Assembly: GCA_040954595.2 (NCBI GenBank)
Contig: CM082594.2
Location: 8,625,573-8,689,572, forward strand
From: Balanoglossus misakiensis
Taxonomy: Eukaryota > Animalia > Hemichordata
DNA length: 64,000 bases
Direction: 5' to 3'
The first letter of the stretch is position 1; each line of letters opens with the position of its first letter. The position numbers were made by a program, and so were the translations under genes. A model generated the notes under the pieces. It was not told the DNA's origin. It did not search any database and was given only the letters and a program-made list of their open reading frames with translations. This document shows, piece by piece, positions 1 through 13,296 of this stretch.

Positions 1-724
1 TCATAAATGTCATGCAAGTTCTCGCATGTCTTACTTGAATAACATTCTTAGCTATTGTCTGGGTGAAAGCAAGGAAAACAATGGAAATATTCCCGAAATT
101 CACATGTATATATTATTGTGAGATATCACTGTTGGAAAGCTTGATTAAAAGACTAGCTATTGAAACATATGAGACAGAAGTACCTATTTATTAGATATCT
201 ATAGAGAAAGGCAAGGCAGTCGCGAAGTCCAAAGCGAAAATGATAATGCCAATGGAATTAAATTTGTATAAAGAAAAATCTCAAGTTATTATGGGTACCA
301 CTTTTAATACAATACTAAAATATCAAACCAAGTCAATTCCACAAAAAACAAAACTGGAAATATTTGATTACAGGAGGTAGGGATCGGTTGACATACATCA
401 GGCTTGAATTACTTTCACTTTGTCGGGTTTGTTGTTTGTATGTACGTGCCCACCCTCTGTTGTCAATTTGACCTGGTGTCACCAGTGTAGCATTCCATTT
501 TCAAAAATGGAAAGAAATCTAAGGTATCTGATCTTTTTTGGTACGCAGGAAGTTACATATATATATCAGAACAGTAAAGCTCAATTACATATAATTTATT
601 TTTATTTTATTTAGTCACTTTCTGATACATGTAATAACTATAGTGGGAGTGAGTGGGAAGTTGAGTTGACTATCTGGATTGAGCATTTGAAATACTAACT
701 TATCTGTTCTTTTTTAATTCTAAG

Positions 725-3700
725 AATGACCGGGGCCAAGGAACCACCGATGGAACGTTCCGCAAACAAAGACTATTTCAATGTGAACAGGACTGTGGTG
801 TGTTTGTCACACTTCAAAAACTCTCGGACACAGACAAGGCTGCGTCGCAAATAAAGGGCAGAGGAGCTGGGAGGGTGAAAAAGGAGGATGACGTAGAGGA
901 GATTGTGGAGGGGATGAGGGTGGTCATATTCTGTGACGAGGATGGAGAAGAACGGCTCGAACATGGAACTGTGAAGTATATTGGTAAACCCAAGAAATTA
1001 AAAGGAGAGACATTCGTTGGAATTGAACTGGTAAGCCGTTGAAATATTTCAACATTTGAAGATGTCTCTCTGTCTCAAGTCAGTGTGCTTATTCATCACA
1101 CGCCTAATGTATTTCCTGTATGCAAATTTTCAGGACAACCCAGCTGGCTCAGGAAATGGAAAGTTTGATGGTGAAAAACTGTTTGTTGCTAAAAAAGATC
1201 ATGCTACTTTAGTTCCAATTGGTGCGGTGCTGCCTTATCAATATCTTCATGACAAAAAAGGTAACTTTGAACTTGGTTAAAGTCTATGAAGGGACAAATG
1301 CAAGTTAGATATTTCCAAGGAGAATTGATATAGTAAAGGGTTTGGTTCCACTGACTATTGCTAAAAGAATCTTATTCTGATAGTGTCATTTTTCAGCACA
1401 TTAATGTATGAAACCGAAGAAATAAAAAAAATGTCAAAATAGGCGGACTTTGCCCGTATGCTGTCAAAATGGGGTGATGCCCACAATGAATCATATCCAT
1501 TTTCCAAATGATGTCATCATTCACTCTTTTGGCTGACTGTCTTTGTTTGTTTATATTTGAATGATGTCATTGTATGTCAGAAACTCCAAGCAAAATTGCA
1601 TTGGTGAAGTAGAAGTAACCTCTGCTCAATGTACAATTATTGCACTAGCATAGATAGATTCTAGTGCAGTAGGTAAAAGTGTGCATGTTAACTAATGCAT
1701 AAGACAAGTAACAAGAATATAACTGTATGGCAGATGCAGGTCCTGTCCATCGTCCACAACCAACACCAGGCACAGGATCGCAGTCTGAACTTGTGCGGAG
1801 AGGTTTTGTAGATTCCAACAAGGAGCCAGATAGAAAGCAACACCAACATCCATATGCGACTCGAAGCAAACGTGAGTATCACAGATTCCCACAGTGAAAG
1901 GGTCTACTGAGAAGTGAAACTGATAGTAAGAAATGACACTGGTTGGTCATCTTGTTTTATTTAAAGAATATATGACTCATAGACGTGCGTGTAAAAATTA
2001 TTATGTACTTGTATGGAAATTGTAATGCTCGCGAAATTGTTTTGGATGTCTGAGAGAATTCTTTGCTAAGTTAAAATGTCTGTGGCTATCAGTCACCATA
2101 TTTGATCTATTCATGAACTAACAGGGTGGGGTTACTCTCGTCAGTTGAGGTGGCTGAAACAATATTAGTCTAAGATATAATTGTATCATTTTTCTTATAA
2201 ATCAATAGCTGAAGCAAAGTCTACAGAACCAATGCCTAAACCTCTGTCTGGTACAGCTATTGATGTGCTAGATGACCAATCGAAAGAGTTGGGAATGTCC
2301 CGAGGGGATCTCCTCAAAGAACAAGAAGAACTGATGAGACAGTTTGCGCAAAGTAGAGAGAAAGAGAGCAAAGTAGCCGTTGCCAAGCCAACGAAACATT
2401 TGAGTGACAGCATGCGCATGGAGGACAGAGCTGAGGACAGCTCGCAGAGATTGCCAGCTGATGCTCACCGCCAAGAAGGACTAAGAAATTCCGTATTCTA
2501 TACTGATGGTGACAATGTCGACGATGTGGCTGAGACACCAAAGTCAAAGTTTTATGTTCCCATGACGAACAGAGCCAAGGATGGCGACGATGACTATGAA
2601 CACATGTCACCACAGTACCACGACTATGAAAATGTCCCTCATAGGAATGAACATAAACATTTTGTGTATGAAAACACGAAACCCAATAATTCAAAGCTAG
2701 AAGTTCCAGGTATGTGAAGTCACATTCTCTAAACAGGCCTAGGCATCTGTACACTGTTTCCTTCTGTTCTTTCTTCTTCTTCAGTCTCTATGTTTTTGCA
2801 TAACAACGATGCATGTTGTCATGCAAATCAGTCGCTAATCTAATAAGTGAGTAACCTTCAATATTGAATTCTTGAATAGTTGCCTCAATCTTTCTCCCTT
2901 CATTCCAGATCAAAGAAAGCCTCCACTGAAACGTGATTACTCAGATGACAGCCCCAAACTCCTTCCCCCTGGATATTTTGAGACGAATCGTACCCACGAA
3001 TTTGGTGACCTGTCACCTGACATACACCCTGGTACCGGTTACCACAACATTCGAAGGAGCTACTCCAACTCATATGCACCAGAAACGGATAAAATCCAAG
3101 TTCATCGACCAGTTTCTCCTGGTGCGTCAGCACAATCGTCGGGTGTAGATTTAAAAACGACTGATTCGTCGGATATGATGAACAAAGAAGGACACAGGAC
3201 AAGTTTTCACAGAACTCTGAGCATAGGCACCATGGTTGAAATTTTGGGTGACCCACCAAGATATGGGGTCATCCGATGGATTGGAATGTTACCAAAGACA
3301 AGCAAAGAGGCTGTTGGAGTCGAACTGGTAAGTTGCTCAGGCCTGTAACCCTTTTTTCCCAGAAAATTGTAGTGTATCTTGTCAGAATGTAGTAACACAT
3401 GTTATGTATTCATGGGTCACCAATAATGACTAAATGTTTAAATCACTCCTGCAAAATCATGGTCTTGCTTGTATTGACAATAAAGGTGTGATATGAAGTG
3501 GTCATGCTTTCATGCATGCATACAAACAAACATACATGCACACACTTGTACATATTACACAAATTTAAAAACACATGGCCTGATATGAACCTATCTATGC
3601 CAGTGTAACACATATTGCATAGAAGTTAAAAAACACAAAATTAGCTTTTAATTCTGACTCTGAATGTTTGTTTGCAGGAAGAATCATTGGGTAGCGCAAG

Positions 3701-6400
3701 CTGTACAGATGGCACTTTTCAAAAGATTCGTTATTTCAAATGTCCAGAACACAGGGGTATATTTGTTCGTGCCGAAAAGGTTCGACCCGACTCCAGGTTT
3801 ACCGTGCACAAGCCGACCAGACAAAGAAACCCCAGCGAAGGTGAGTGCTTGTGTTTCAAATTTTACTGGCAGCCCAATGCTGGGAAAGTACAGTTTACTG
3901 TTCCGAACTAAACATGATTTAGTCCTCTCTGTGAATATATATCCATCTATAAACATTTGAACCTAAGTAAGAAACTCCAGTTATTCTTTTTAATATGCAG
4001 GAGCATCTGTGTATTGTTTGAATACATCCTGACTGGTTTAGTCCAGGTAACACAAAATCTGCGGCATTGATTTATTTTCATACATAATTAACAGTTACCA
4101 GCAAAATGTTCTTTTTTTTCAGCATTTGGCAGTTACGATGCACCATGGATAGATGACTATTGTGCACCTCCTGATGAGCTGAGTCCCGAACTCTGTGGAG
4201 CCGGTCGGGGAATTCAAGGCCACCACAATTCCTGTTATTTAGATACAACACTTTACAGCATGTTTGCATTCAGTCTGGCTTTTGATGATCTCATACTGAG
4301 ACGGAGTGGTGAAGAGGATCTGGAAGGCTTCGAGGAAGTGCAGGGCATCTTGAAGAGGGGAATTGTCAACCCCTTGAGAAAGTGAGTGATGTGCGCCCTC
4401 TGGTGTTTCAGAGAGAAGCCTGAAAAATCAATGTAGTGAATGGTGGTTACAGTTTGTAAATAAATGTGGTATCATATTTTATCCATGATATAATTTAACA
4501 ACATTAATGACCACAGTTTGTGACAATGTCATTTTATTCTCAACAGACATGGCTTTGTCAGAGCAGACAGAGTTCTGAAATTTCGTGAACTTCTGGATCA
4601 GTTGGGTTCTCTGTCTGGATTGACAACGGAAGAGAAGGATCCAGAAGAATTCCTCAATACGCTGTTGAAACAAATCTTCAAAGCAGAGCCATATCTAAAA
4701 TTGAGGTGAGTAAACAGTTGAGAATTTACTGACCTGTTATGAGATATTATTTTGTGTTCACCTGAGTAGTTGACCAGTGAGAGCGTTTGTGTGTGTGTTT
4801 GTGTGTGAATAGTTAGATACAGACTTATTTAAGTAAACCAGAAGTTGCTTGACTTCGATCATTCTCACCTAAAAACAAACTCATCCTTACAGGGACGTCC
4901 AAGGCGAAGAGCATTCTAGTTACTTCTATCAGATGTTCATGGACAAAGATGAAAGCACACCGGTCCCAACAGTGCAGCAACTATTTGAACAATCATTTAT
5001 AGTTTCTGATATGAAACTTGTAGAGGTGGGTTTTCTTTATTTGGCCACCATCTCAATATCACACATCATGACGCATGGCATTGGACATGTGCAAAGAATT
5101 TCATGAATTGAATTTGTAATACATGAGCATATTTCTCGAAGTTTACCAAGTCGTAATACTTAGTATTACATTTGAATATACAGTGAGATACACTTCGTAT
5201 AAAGATGCATTTACTTTTTCCCCACAGGTGCCTCGTTGTCTGCTGCTTCAGATGCCTAGGTTTGGAAAGGCTTACAAGATGTACGACAAAATCATACCAA
5301 GCCTGAGGTTGGACATCACTGATGTCTTAGAAGAATGTAAGTCTTTAAATGAAAGTTTTCAGGCCAAGTTTCTGATTATTTGTTTCTGTAGTGACTTAGC
5401 TTTCGGAGAAGAAAATCTGTGATCATTGTCACACGTTTATCAGTTTCATTTTTTTTTAAATTTCAGTTCCAAGGCAGTGCACTATATGTCAGTTCTTAGC
5501 AGAATATGAATGCAGAGACTGCAATGTTACTAAGAGTTTCACTGAGCAGATTACTGCATATTGTGAAAAATGTGTGATATTGGTAAGTTGTGTGTGTGTG
5601 TGTGTGTGTGTGACCCGTTTCTTCCCCACTTTCAGTGGTATATTTTAATAAAAAGAAATGTTGCTTGATTCCTTCATGTCTCTGCAACCCAGTTTGACCT
5701 GAAATTTCAATTTGTCAATAAAACATTACCTAACTCCTTTACTGCACTATATTATCTACCTTCAATGTCTAACTGTCTCTATATTTAATCAACAGACACA
5801 CAGCCATCAGAAACGGAAACGCCACAAGTACACAAAGATTCACTTGGACCCAAGTTTGAAAAGTTACTTCAAGGAAAATCCAACCGAGGTTGCAAGGGAG
5901 TATTTGGAGCTGTTTGCTGTGGTGTGCATTGAAACCAGTCACTATGTCGCGTTTGTCAGATGTGGAAGGGGCGAAGACAAGCAATGGTGTTTCTTTGACA
6001 GTATGTCAGACAGACAAGGTATGTAGCAACAGAACCTTTGACTGATAGCATGATGTGTTTCCACAGCTAGTATCAATCTTGAATTTCCCACAATGGACAG
6101 TTTATAACCTCCTTGATATTTACCCGTGAAACTTTAACCCTCACCGATAATTCCTAACTGATTATAGTCCACAGCACATAGGGGGTTATAACACTGATCA
6201 CATGTATTTTTTGTGACACAGGTGAAGAAGATGGTCATAATATTCCCGCTGTGACTCATCTACCGGAATTTGTCAAGTGGTTGGAAGACGACAAGATCAA
6301 GAAAACGGACAACAAAGACATGCCTGAACATTTGCGAAGGCTTGTTTGCGACGCTTACCTCTTGTTCTATCAAAGTCCAGACGCTCTGATGTATGGATAG
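725..6400 (+). CDS. CYLD: Ubiquitin carboxyl-terminal hydrolase CYLD (5'-partial; earlier exons lie upstream)
   Basis: Phase-consistent exons 725-1030, 1134-1260, 1734-1871, 2209-2709, 2909-3327, 3678-3840, 4123-4381, 4547-4705, 4893-5025, 5228-5336, 5467-5582, 5796-6018, 6222-6400. Three CAP-Gly domains (GQGTTDGTFRKQRLFQCEQDCGVFV; GTVKYIG...VGIEL; RYGVIRWIG...VGVEL), USP Cys box GIQGHHNSCYLD, EEKDPEEFL, QMPRFG, B-box Cys/His cluster, His box CIETSHYVAF, FFDSM, end DAYLLFYQSPDALMYG*. Confidence 0.95.
5589..5612. repeat. (TG)12 microsatellite next to a CYLD splice donor
   Basis: Direct read of sequence. Confidence 0.95.
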
Positions 6401-7539
6401 ATGATACCATTGATCACCAGGGGATTGTACAGGAACCAATCCCCTGGTGTTCAATGGTATCTTCTGTGAGATTACTGGAGGTTTGAAGATTGAAACCTGC
6501 AGGATTTTGATACCAGCAACAGATATTTCAATGTTGCCAAGTGAGAGAAGCGCCCCCTACAGGTGATACAGTGCCACCATTGCTAGCTGACCTACTGCTT
6601 CTGAAGAATTCGCTTCAGGTTTGGAACTTCAGTAAACACCTGTATCTATTGACATGGACATTTCTAAAATATATAAACAGTAGACCTTTTGCAGTGATAT
6701 AATGGTACAGTTAATGAAACCAGTGCTTTGTCTACACAAGTAGAATGATATTTACATTTTGGAATTGTAATGTTTTAACTGGTTATTGCCATGGTATTAT
6801 ATACTGCCAATACAGTCTGGGTGATTGGCAACCAGACTTGACTAACTACAGGCAACTTATTTTCCTGGAGACTAGTTCAGTTTTTTTTTTCGTGGAATAA
6901 GCTTCATTTTCCAGGACTTATGTGCACTTAAAAGAATTACTTTGAGCCGTGTGGATATGAACCCAGCTATATTTTGCAACTTGAAGTCGCCAAGTGTGAG
7001 ATATTTCGGCGGGTGTGAATGAAAGTGCAACAAAGAACTTGTTTATCATTGCAGAGATAACATAGTGAAAAGTAGTTTCAATTGTCCTTGTACATACTGC
7101 AGATAGTATTCAAAATTGGGACAAAAATTCTAATTTGATATTATTTTGGTTATCAGCAGAATTGTATACAGTATGTCATTTTGAAAAGCTTCTGCACGAC
7201 CTTTGACCAGACCAGGCAGCATCTTCAAATATCTGCTCTTCAAACTCCTGTAAATATGTTAATCAGGTAAGGTAAGACTTTCCAGGAGTAATGCAAAAAA
7301 TATTTAATAGCTGTCATTTTTTTTTTGGGGGGGGGGGAACCAGATGAATAATTCTTTATATTTACAGATGAAATAATTCAAGAAGTTGTAATTCTTGTTA
7401 CCTTAGTTTTCTTGTGGTTAATTTATACATTTTTTGAAGTGCTGGGTTACTGTAGATTGTAGTAGATGGCTGTGTAGTTTAGTATTAACTGGAGCAAAAG
7501 CTCAAATGTTGTGATGTTACAAGTATTCAAGCTGCAAAT

Positions 7540-7604
7540 AATAAATATTACAATTAATAAGTATGTGTTACAAGGTCAACATCAATTTCAATTATGGTTT
7601 TATT
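7540..7604. terminator. Opposed candidate polyadenylation signals of CYLD (+, AATAAA 7540-7545) and the Kelch gene (-, TTTATT 7599-7604)
   Basis: Hexamers read directly between two convergent stop codons; usage not demonstrated. Confidence 0.5.
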
Positions 7605-7730
7605 GAGAAAAATTGCAATCCAGAACTGATTTAAAAAGAATGTAAATCTTTAATGAAAGCACCAAAGCTTGTCCTGGAAGATAATGAGTTTTCCACTTGG
7701 GCCAATTTCTCCTCTATCTCATATTTGGAA

Positions 7731-9566
7731 TCACAAGTATGCAACGTAGTTGTGGGGAATCTGAATTAATGCAGCCAGCTGACCCGGAATCATGGTTGGG
7801 GCTGGATCTGGAGCAAATTTCTTCCACGACTTGTTTGCATACTGGAACATACAATTTGACCCATCATTGGGTCGCAGATCGACACTTGAACTCTGAATTT
7901 TTCCAGTCTTATTACCACTGCACACAAAGACATCGCCTTTCCCCTTGCGAACGGCAGCAGGACACCCAACAGTGTTACTGTCATCTGGTTTTCGAGGATA
8001 AACTGTCTCTTCCAGAATTATGTCTCCACTTTCTGTTGAAATTATGATCTTGTATCTGCCAAGTCGGGTGATTTCAATGGCACCAGGCACTCTCTGCACA
8101 ACAGGCGGCCATATTTGACAGGAGTCATCATCTTCCACTTCCCAGACTGCACTGCTGGGAAAGCTGGTCTGCCATTGGTCAGTGTGGGTATCATAAAAGT
8201 CTATACCCTGGCAGTTGGCCAATTGCGTGTCTCTTGCTTCTATTATGTATATGTACCTATCATTAACATCTACTGCTGCAAATTTCTTTTCATAGGTACT
8301 GGGTAATGATGCTTTTTCTACCCAGCTGTTTGTTTTAGGGTCATACATTTCCATTTTTCTGGGACAGAATTTACCACCGATGCAGTATATTTTGCTGTTA
8401 CAGACTATGCTAGTGCCGGCATAATGTAGAAATATTGGGTTTGCAATTGGATGCCATGTATTCACCAATGCATCATACATTGCAGCTGATGTTTGTATAG
8501 GGTTGTATCCCCGGGCTGTAAAAGGATCACAACTTCCTATGGTGTATAATTTGTTGTCCATTTCTATCACTTGGGTCGGCCAGATGTCCATCATGGGTGG
8601 CGGCGGAAACCCCACCCAGCGGTTCTCATCGATAATATACCCGTGGAATGATCTGGGCAGTGTTATGGCCCAGTTGCTGCCTCCACAGAGAATGAACACA
8701 TCAACCAATCTACCAAGTCTTGGCTGCAGTCTGAATCCAGCCGTGGCTTCATCAGAGTCTGTTCCTGGGGACGCAGCGTCACAATTTAACGCTCCTTGGA
8801 ACAAAGTGTTATTCCTAACTATCAACTCTTCCGCATCATAACTAGCAAGAATTTCTCCATCAATGCTGTCGAGTCGTATCTGGCTGAGGAGTTCACCGAA
8901 ATCCACCTCTCTGTTCTTTTGATCATGTTTTGTCCAACTGATGATAAATGCAAGCACGTCTTCTTCCTTGACTTGAATATTCTCATTCGAAACGATGGAT
9001 AGAATTTCCTCAAAAGGTAACTGCAGCAAAATCGACATCGAGTCTTTCATTATTTCACTTATTCTGACTTCGATTGTTCGATTTGCGGAGTCTTCCAATT
9101 TCTTCATATCGTACAGCTTGGCCAAATCTCGGACATCGAAACAGTTCGAAGCTGTCAAGTGTTTGCCAAGGAAGTTGCCGCAGAAATCTTTCAAATTCTC
9201 CATCATAAAATGATCGGCACCTCTGATGACATCATATACATTGTCCATGGTCAAATCAGCAGTCCCGGCGTACACGAAGTCAAGAATACCATGCATACCA
9301 TCGGCTGACGTACACTGCAACTCGACTCTGTTGCTGTCCACTTCGCGGAAGCCGCCCCGGAACATCGAATCGAAGTAAGCGCTGCAGGCAGCAAGAACAC
9401 AGCGATGCGCTTTGAAGTCGCGATCATCGATGACCAACTGGACATCACAGAAAAGTCCGCTGTCTCTCTGGTGTTGCAACTGTTCGATCAGAAGAGATCG
9501 GTGACGGCTATGTATTTTTTCTTGCGTTAGTTCGGCATCGACGTCAGCTTCCAGAGCTTCTGCCAT
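7731..9566 (-). CDS. Kelch-like BTB-BACK-Kelch protein, 611 aa, uninterrupted ORF
   Basis: BTB signature FCDVQLVI...FKAHRCVLAACSAYFDSMF, BACK domain (LTASNCFDV...VKEEDVLAFIISW), Kelch blades (FILCGG, KLYTIGS, KIYCIGG...YDPKTNSW, YDTHTDQW). Confidence 0.93.
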   Translation of the reverse strand: MAEALEADVDAELTQEKIHSRHRSLLIEQLQHQRDSGLFCDVQLVIDDRDFKAHRCVLAACSAYFDSMFRGGFREVDSNRVELQCTSADGMHGILDFVYAGTADLTMDNVYDVIRGADHFMMENLKDFCGNFLGKHLTASNCFDVRDLAKLYDMKKLEDSANRTIEVRISEIMKDSMSILLQLPFEEILSIVSNENIQVKEEDVLAFIISWTKHDQKNREVDFGELLSQIRLDSIDGEILASYDAEELIVRNNTLFQGALNCDAASPGTDSDEATAGFRLQPRLGRLVDVFILCGGSNWAITLPRSFHGYIIDENRWVGFPPPPMMDIWPTQVIEMDNKLYTIGSCDPFTARGYNPIQTSAAMYDALVNTWHPIANPIFLHYAGTSIVCNSKIYCIGGKFCPRKMEMYDPKTNSWVEKASLPSTYEKKFAAVDVNDRYIYIIEARDTQLANCQGIDFYDTHTDQWQTSFPSSAVWEVEDDDSCQIWPPVVQRVPGAIEITRLGRYKIIISTESGDIILEETVYPRKPDDSNTVGCPAAVRKGKGDVFVCSGNKTGKIQSSSVDLRPNDGSNCMFQYANKSWKKFAPDPAPTMIPGQLAALIQIPHNYVAYL

Positions 9567-9632
9567 AGTTGTCCTGAGTGACCCCGTTTGACCTCATTGG
9601 TTGAGGGCGCTACACAACCTGACCCCACTGAA

Positions 9633-9640
9633 TGACGTCA
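9633..9640. promoter_or_regulatory. Perfect CRE palindrome TGACGTCA about 70 bp upstream of the Kelch ATG
   Basis: Exact motif in the short gap between the MAF1 3' end and the Kelch start. Confidence 0.4.
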
Positions 9641-11148
9641 CATGTCAAAAGCTTGATTATACTAATTACCTGAGACGAATACTAGCAACACGAGCTGAAT
9701 TGAATGGAAACAACACCATTTATTTCAAATATATGAAGGGAAAAAATCCTGCCAGCCGTGAGTACGACAGAACAGTCCTGACTTGAGATTATATACAAGG
9801 TCAAAGAAAGTCAAATATTCCTACCAGATAGTTTGTGTATTATTTATTTTACATGTCTGAAATGCATCTATACAAGGTACAAAATGTTCAGCTACTTACT
9901 AATTTTTTTTCTTTAGCACACAAAAGACATTCACTTATCACATAGTACTGACATTTCAATTCACAAGAATACACAGAAAGATGTAATATGGTACTACAAT
10001 TTGTTAGCTATAATGCAATACAAAAAAGGCCACTGTACACCAAAAGGTAGGACTGAAATATTTAAACAAAAATGTTTTAAAATTATTTTTCAAACCTGTA
10101 CAACCTGTTTTTGTATCATTAAAACTGAATGAAATGACACAAAACACTAAAAAGGAACTTAAACTACACAGTATTTTATCTCCAAACTCCAAAAAAGTGA
10201 ATAATGGAATTAAATTCCATGTGCATGGATAAATAGTTTAGTTAAACAAAAACACTGCACAATTTCAATTTAGAGATCAGCACATAGTACAATGCATCAA
10301 CTCTGGACTTGCAGTATCTCCACACACATATCAAAATATTCAGAACGTCTCTAAAGTACTCTATAGAAAGGAGTTGAAATTGATTTTCGAAAATTATACA
10401 CAAGAAAAAAATTAACGTGGGCTGTTATTCATGGCAAGTCATATAAAATAATTTGCTGCAAACATCCTAAAATTTAAGAACTCCAAGAACATTAAAAAAA
10501 CACTTGCAACAGTGTGCCTGTCAGTGGCAAATGTTTTTATCAGATGAGGATTACAGATATATCGCTCTGTAGTAACCAGCTCATAGAGTCAAACTCTGAT
10601 CAATTCCATTCCACAAAAGCTTAACTAAGGGAGAGAGACTGCCAACTGTGTAATTCCATGGCTATAATCTGTGGCCACAGTGGTATCCATATTGTGGTTT
10701 CTTTCCACACAGTGGTGTCAGACTAATAGTAATACCCTTTGGTTTCAACTTTTCACATAGCCAAAAGGAAAGCACAATGTCTTTTGTTTCTGTGTTTGGG
10801 TTCGGTGCAGCTCACATTACGAGCAGTGGGTCTAATGTGACCAGTTCTGCTTTGTTCCAAAGTATGTGTCAAATATCTACACAGAACTGATCCCTAACAT
10901 TCGTTGACCAGTTAAACGTGGCACGTCAAAAATTACACCTCAAGTCCAAATATTAATTCTGTGAACTCTTTGAAGTGGGTAACAGGATAAAGGTATAAAC
11001 TGGAATGGTAATACATGTACTAGGAAGGACTGATTGTCACAAGAAACTGAATACTTCTGAATAATTGAAGAACCTCTGTCATCAGATTTGGAGATGTGTT
11101 CCAACACTGTTGTGGAGCCTGGTTCACATTTCAGTCCCTGTGGAGTGA

Positions 11149-13296
11149 TCAGTAGAGTAATGGTGTCACCCTGCAAGAGTGGAAAGAATTCAATGACTTA
11201 GAGATCGGCATGGAAACAAAGAAACTTCGCAGTAGGTATCACATGTACAGGAAGTACACCTTTAATACATGCTCTGGGGTACTGCTCACTCAAGAGTACA
11301 CAACATGACCGGTCATCTCTGTATTATTTCTGTTTAGCACTGACCTTTCATAGGCAGATTGATCAAAATCATCCATGTACTCCATATCATCATCTTCCAC
11401 ATCATCATCAACGCCCAGACTGAGATCGTGACCAATGCCAGAGTCCCCAGCTGACCGGCTGGCTGTTGAGCTGTAGAAAGAAAAAAATCCCAGAGATGCC
11501 AAGTTGTAATCTAACACTGTATCTGATAATCTAGGATTGGCTGCTTCAATCATAACAGAAACCAAAGACTTAATTTGCTCTGTGGGGCAGGGAAGTTATT
11601 TTCATTACTCAGTCATCTTATATATCAAGCTAAATATGGCAAATATCAAGATATGAAAACAAGTTCTGTAATACACACACTCTGTCGGACTCGTGATGTT
11701 CAAAAATTGCCAATGGCCAACATCACTTCTCACTGTAAACTAAGATGACTTTCAGATTTTAAATAAGAGTTATTCACAATAACAGGAGATTAGGATGGTA
11801 GCCTTACCTGATTACTCTGCATGTGAAGAACAGGATGCGTTTTAACTTCTTGTTGTAGATGAAATAATTACAAGACCAGAGGATACCTTCTTCACCAAAG
11901 GGATCACACTCCAAGTCAGGGTTGTAACTATTTGTGAATAATGACAATTAACATTTTTTGTGATTATCAATCATCAAACATGTCACCGACTGCATTTTTC
12001 ATGGAGCAAAACATTCAGGCTTTCTTACAAAAACTTTACTTTACCTGTAGAATTCGCAACTGTCCAGGGAAATTTCATCATCGATGGCAGCCCAGAGCTT
12101 TTGCTTCAAAGCTGAGTACAACTCCCCACCAGCAGCGAAGAGATTCGTGTCAATAGCATTGACTACCCACTGAAGGCTTGGTTCACGACTAAATTCATGG
12201 CTTTTCGCTTCACTGTGGGGAAAAGGAAAAAATGATTTCCAACTTCATAATATTCAAAGCAGCCAGGATGTAAATTGCAAAGTTTGAAAGTGACACCCGT
12301 AGTCATTATTTGAATATTGGAGTAGTCCTTCATGTCCAGGGTTGTCAATGGCCCTTATGGGTGAGAGTTCAAATGCTTAATTAATTTGTGATTTCAGCTG
12401 GCATTATAATTTCTATGTTACTGCAACATAAATGGGGAAACTGTTACCTGAAATCATAGTCTGGGTGAAAGGATGCATTCAGAGTTGAGATGAGATAGAA
12501 TAACATCTTTCTGCTGCATGTATCGCACAGCGGGCCCTCTCCTTCATCACTGGCACTTCTGCTGTACTGTCGATTGGGACTCAGTGACAACTGAGTTTGT
12601 GGCGGAGACAGAGCCTGCAAATCGTGCGGAGACTGGCCTTCGTGACTCATCACTTTGAACAGACGTTTGTCATTTCCAGCCATCTTGCAGGAATAGCTCT
12701 CAACCCTGCAAAGATAAAGATATTTCTGCTGGTTTGACCTTCCAGAACAACACTGGAGAACTGAGTGACCTCAATGACATGTACACACTGACCTTTAGCA
12801 GATAAATGAGGTCAGCATATAAACAAGTAACATGAACATGTAACTCTATTATCAAAATTTATTAAAGTGTCATAGTATTGCTGCTTTGTAGCTTTTCTCA
12901 TCATCAGCTCATAATATCAGTGACAGTCCTTCACCTCTATTTAATTTGAGCAAATGTTTGTGGATTGGCATTCATTAATTATTTATTTGTGAATGTATCG
13001 ATTAGGGGCTTGGTTACATGTATTTAAAGTTCAGGTCCTGATCGAGACGGTAAATCAGATATATTGCAATGTACGTACCAATCCAGACAACTATATGTCT
13101 GGGCGACCTACAATGTAACATTGATATCACAATCTCGTGAACAGGAACAATACACCCACATATTAGTATGCAAACGAAACCAGTCTTGTCGCACAAAACA
13201 TAGTCGAACTCACCTTCCGCAGATCTTGCTGTCTCCTGTTTCGATTGATAAAGCATCGCTTATTGCCTCTAACTTCGGATTCTCGAGTAACTTCAT
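11149..13296 (-). CDS. MAF1: Repressor of RNA polymerase III transcription MAF1
   Basis: Exons 13296-13214, 12705-12448, 12212-12045, 11927-11808, 11470-11345, 11170-11149 (last exon less certain; unspliced read-through would stop at 11290). [13 protein letters not shown]...[65 protein letters not shown], acidic tail. Confidence 0.95.

Noticed and set aside
374-376. Possible 3-nt CYLD microexon (TTACAG/GAG/GTAGG)
   Set aside because: Phase would fit but the upstream exon is outside the window and such short matches occur by chance; needs RNA-seq.
11149-13296. Minus-strand gene as SPATA2, which would complete a CYLD-LUBAC module
   Set aside because: The spliced translation is clearly MAF1.
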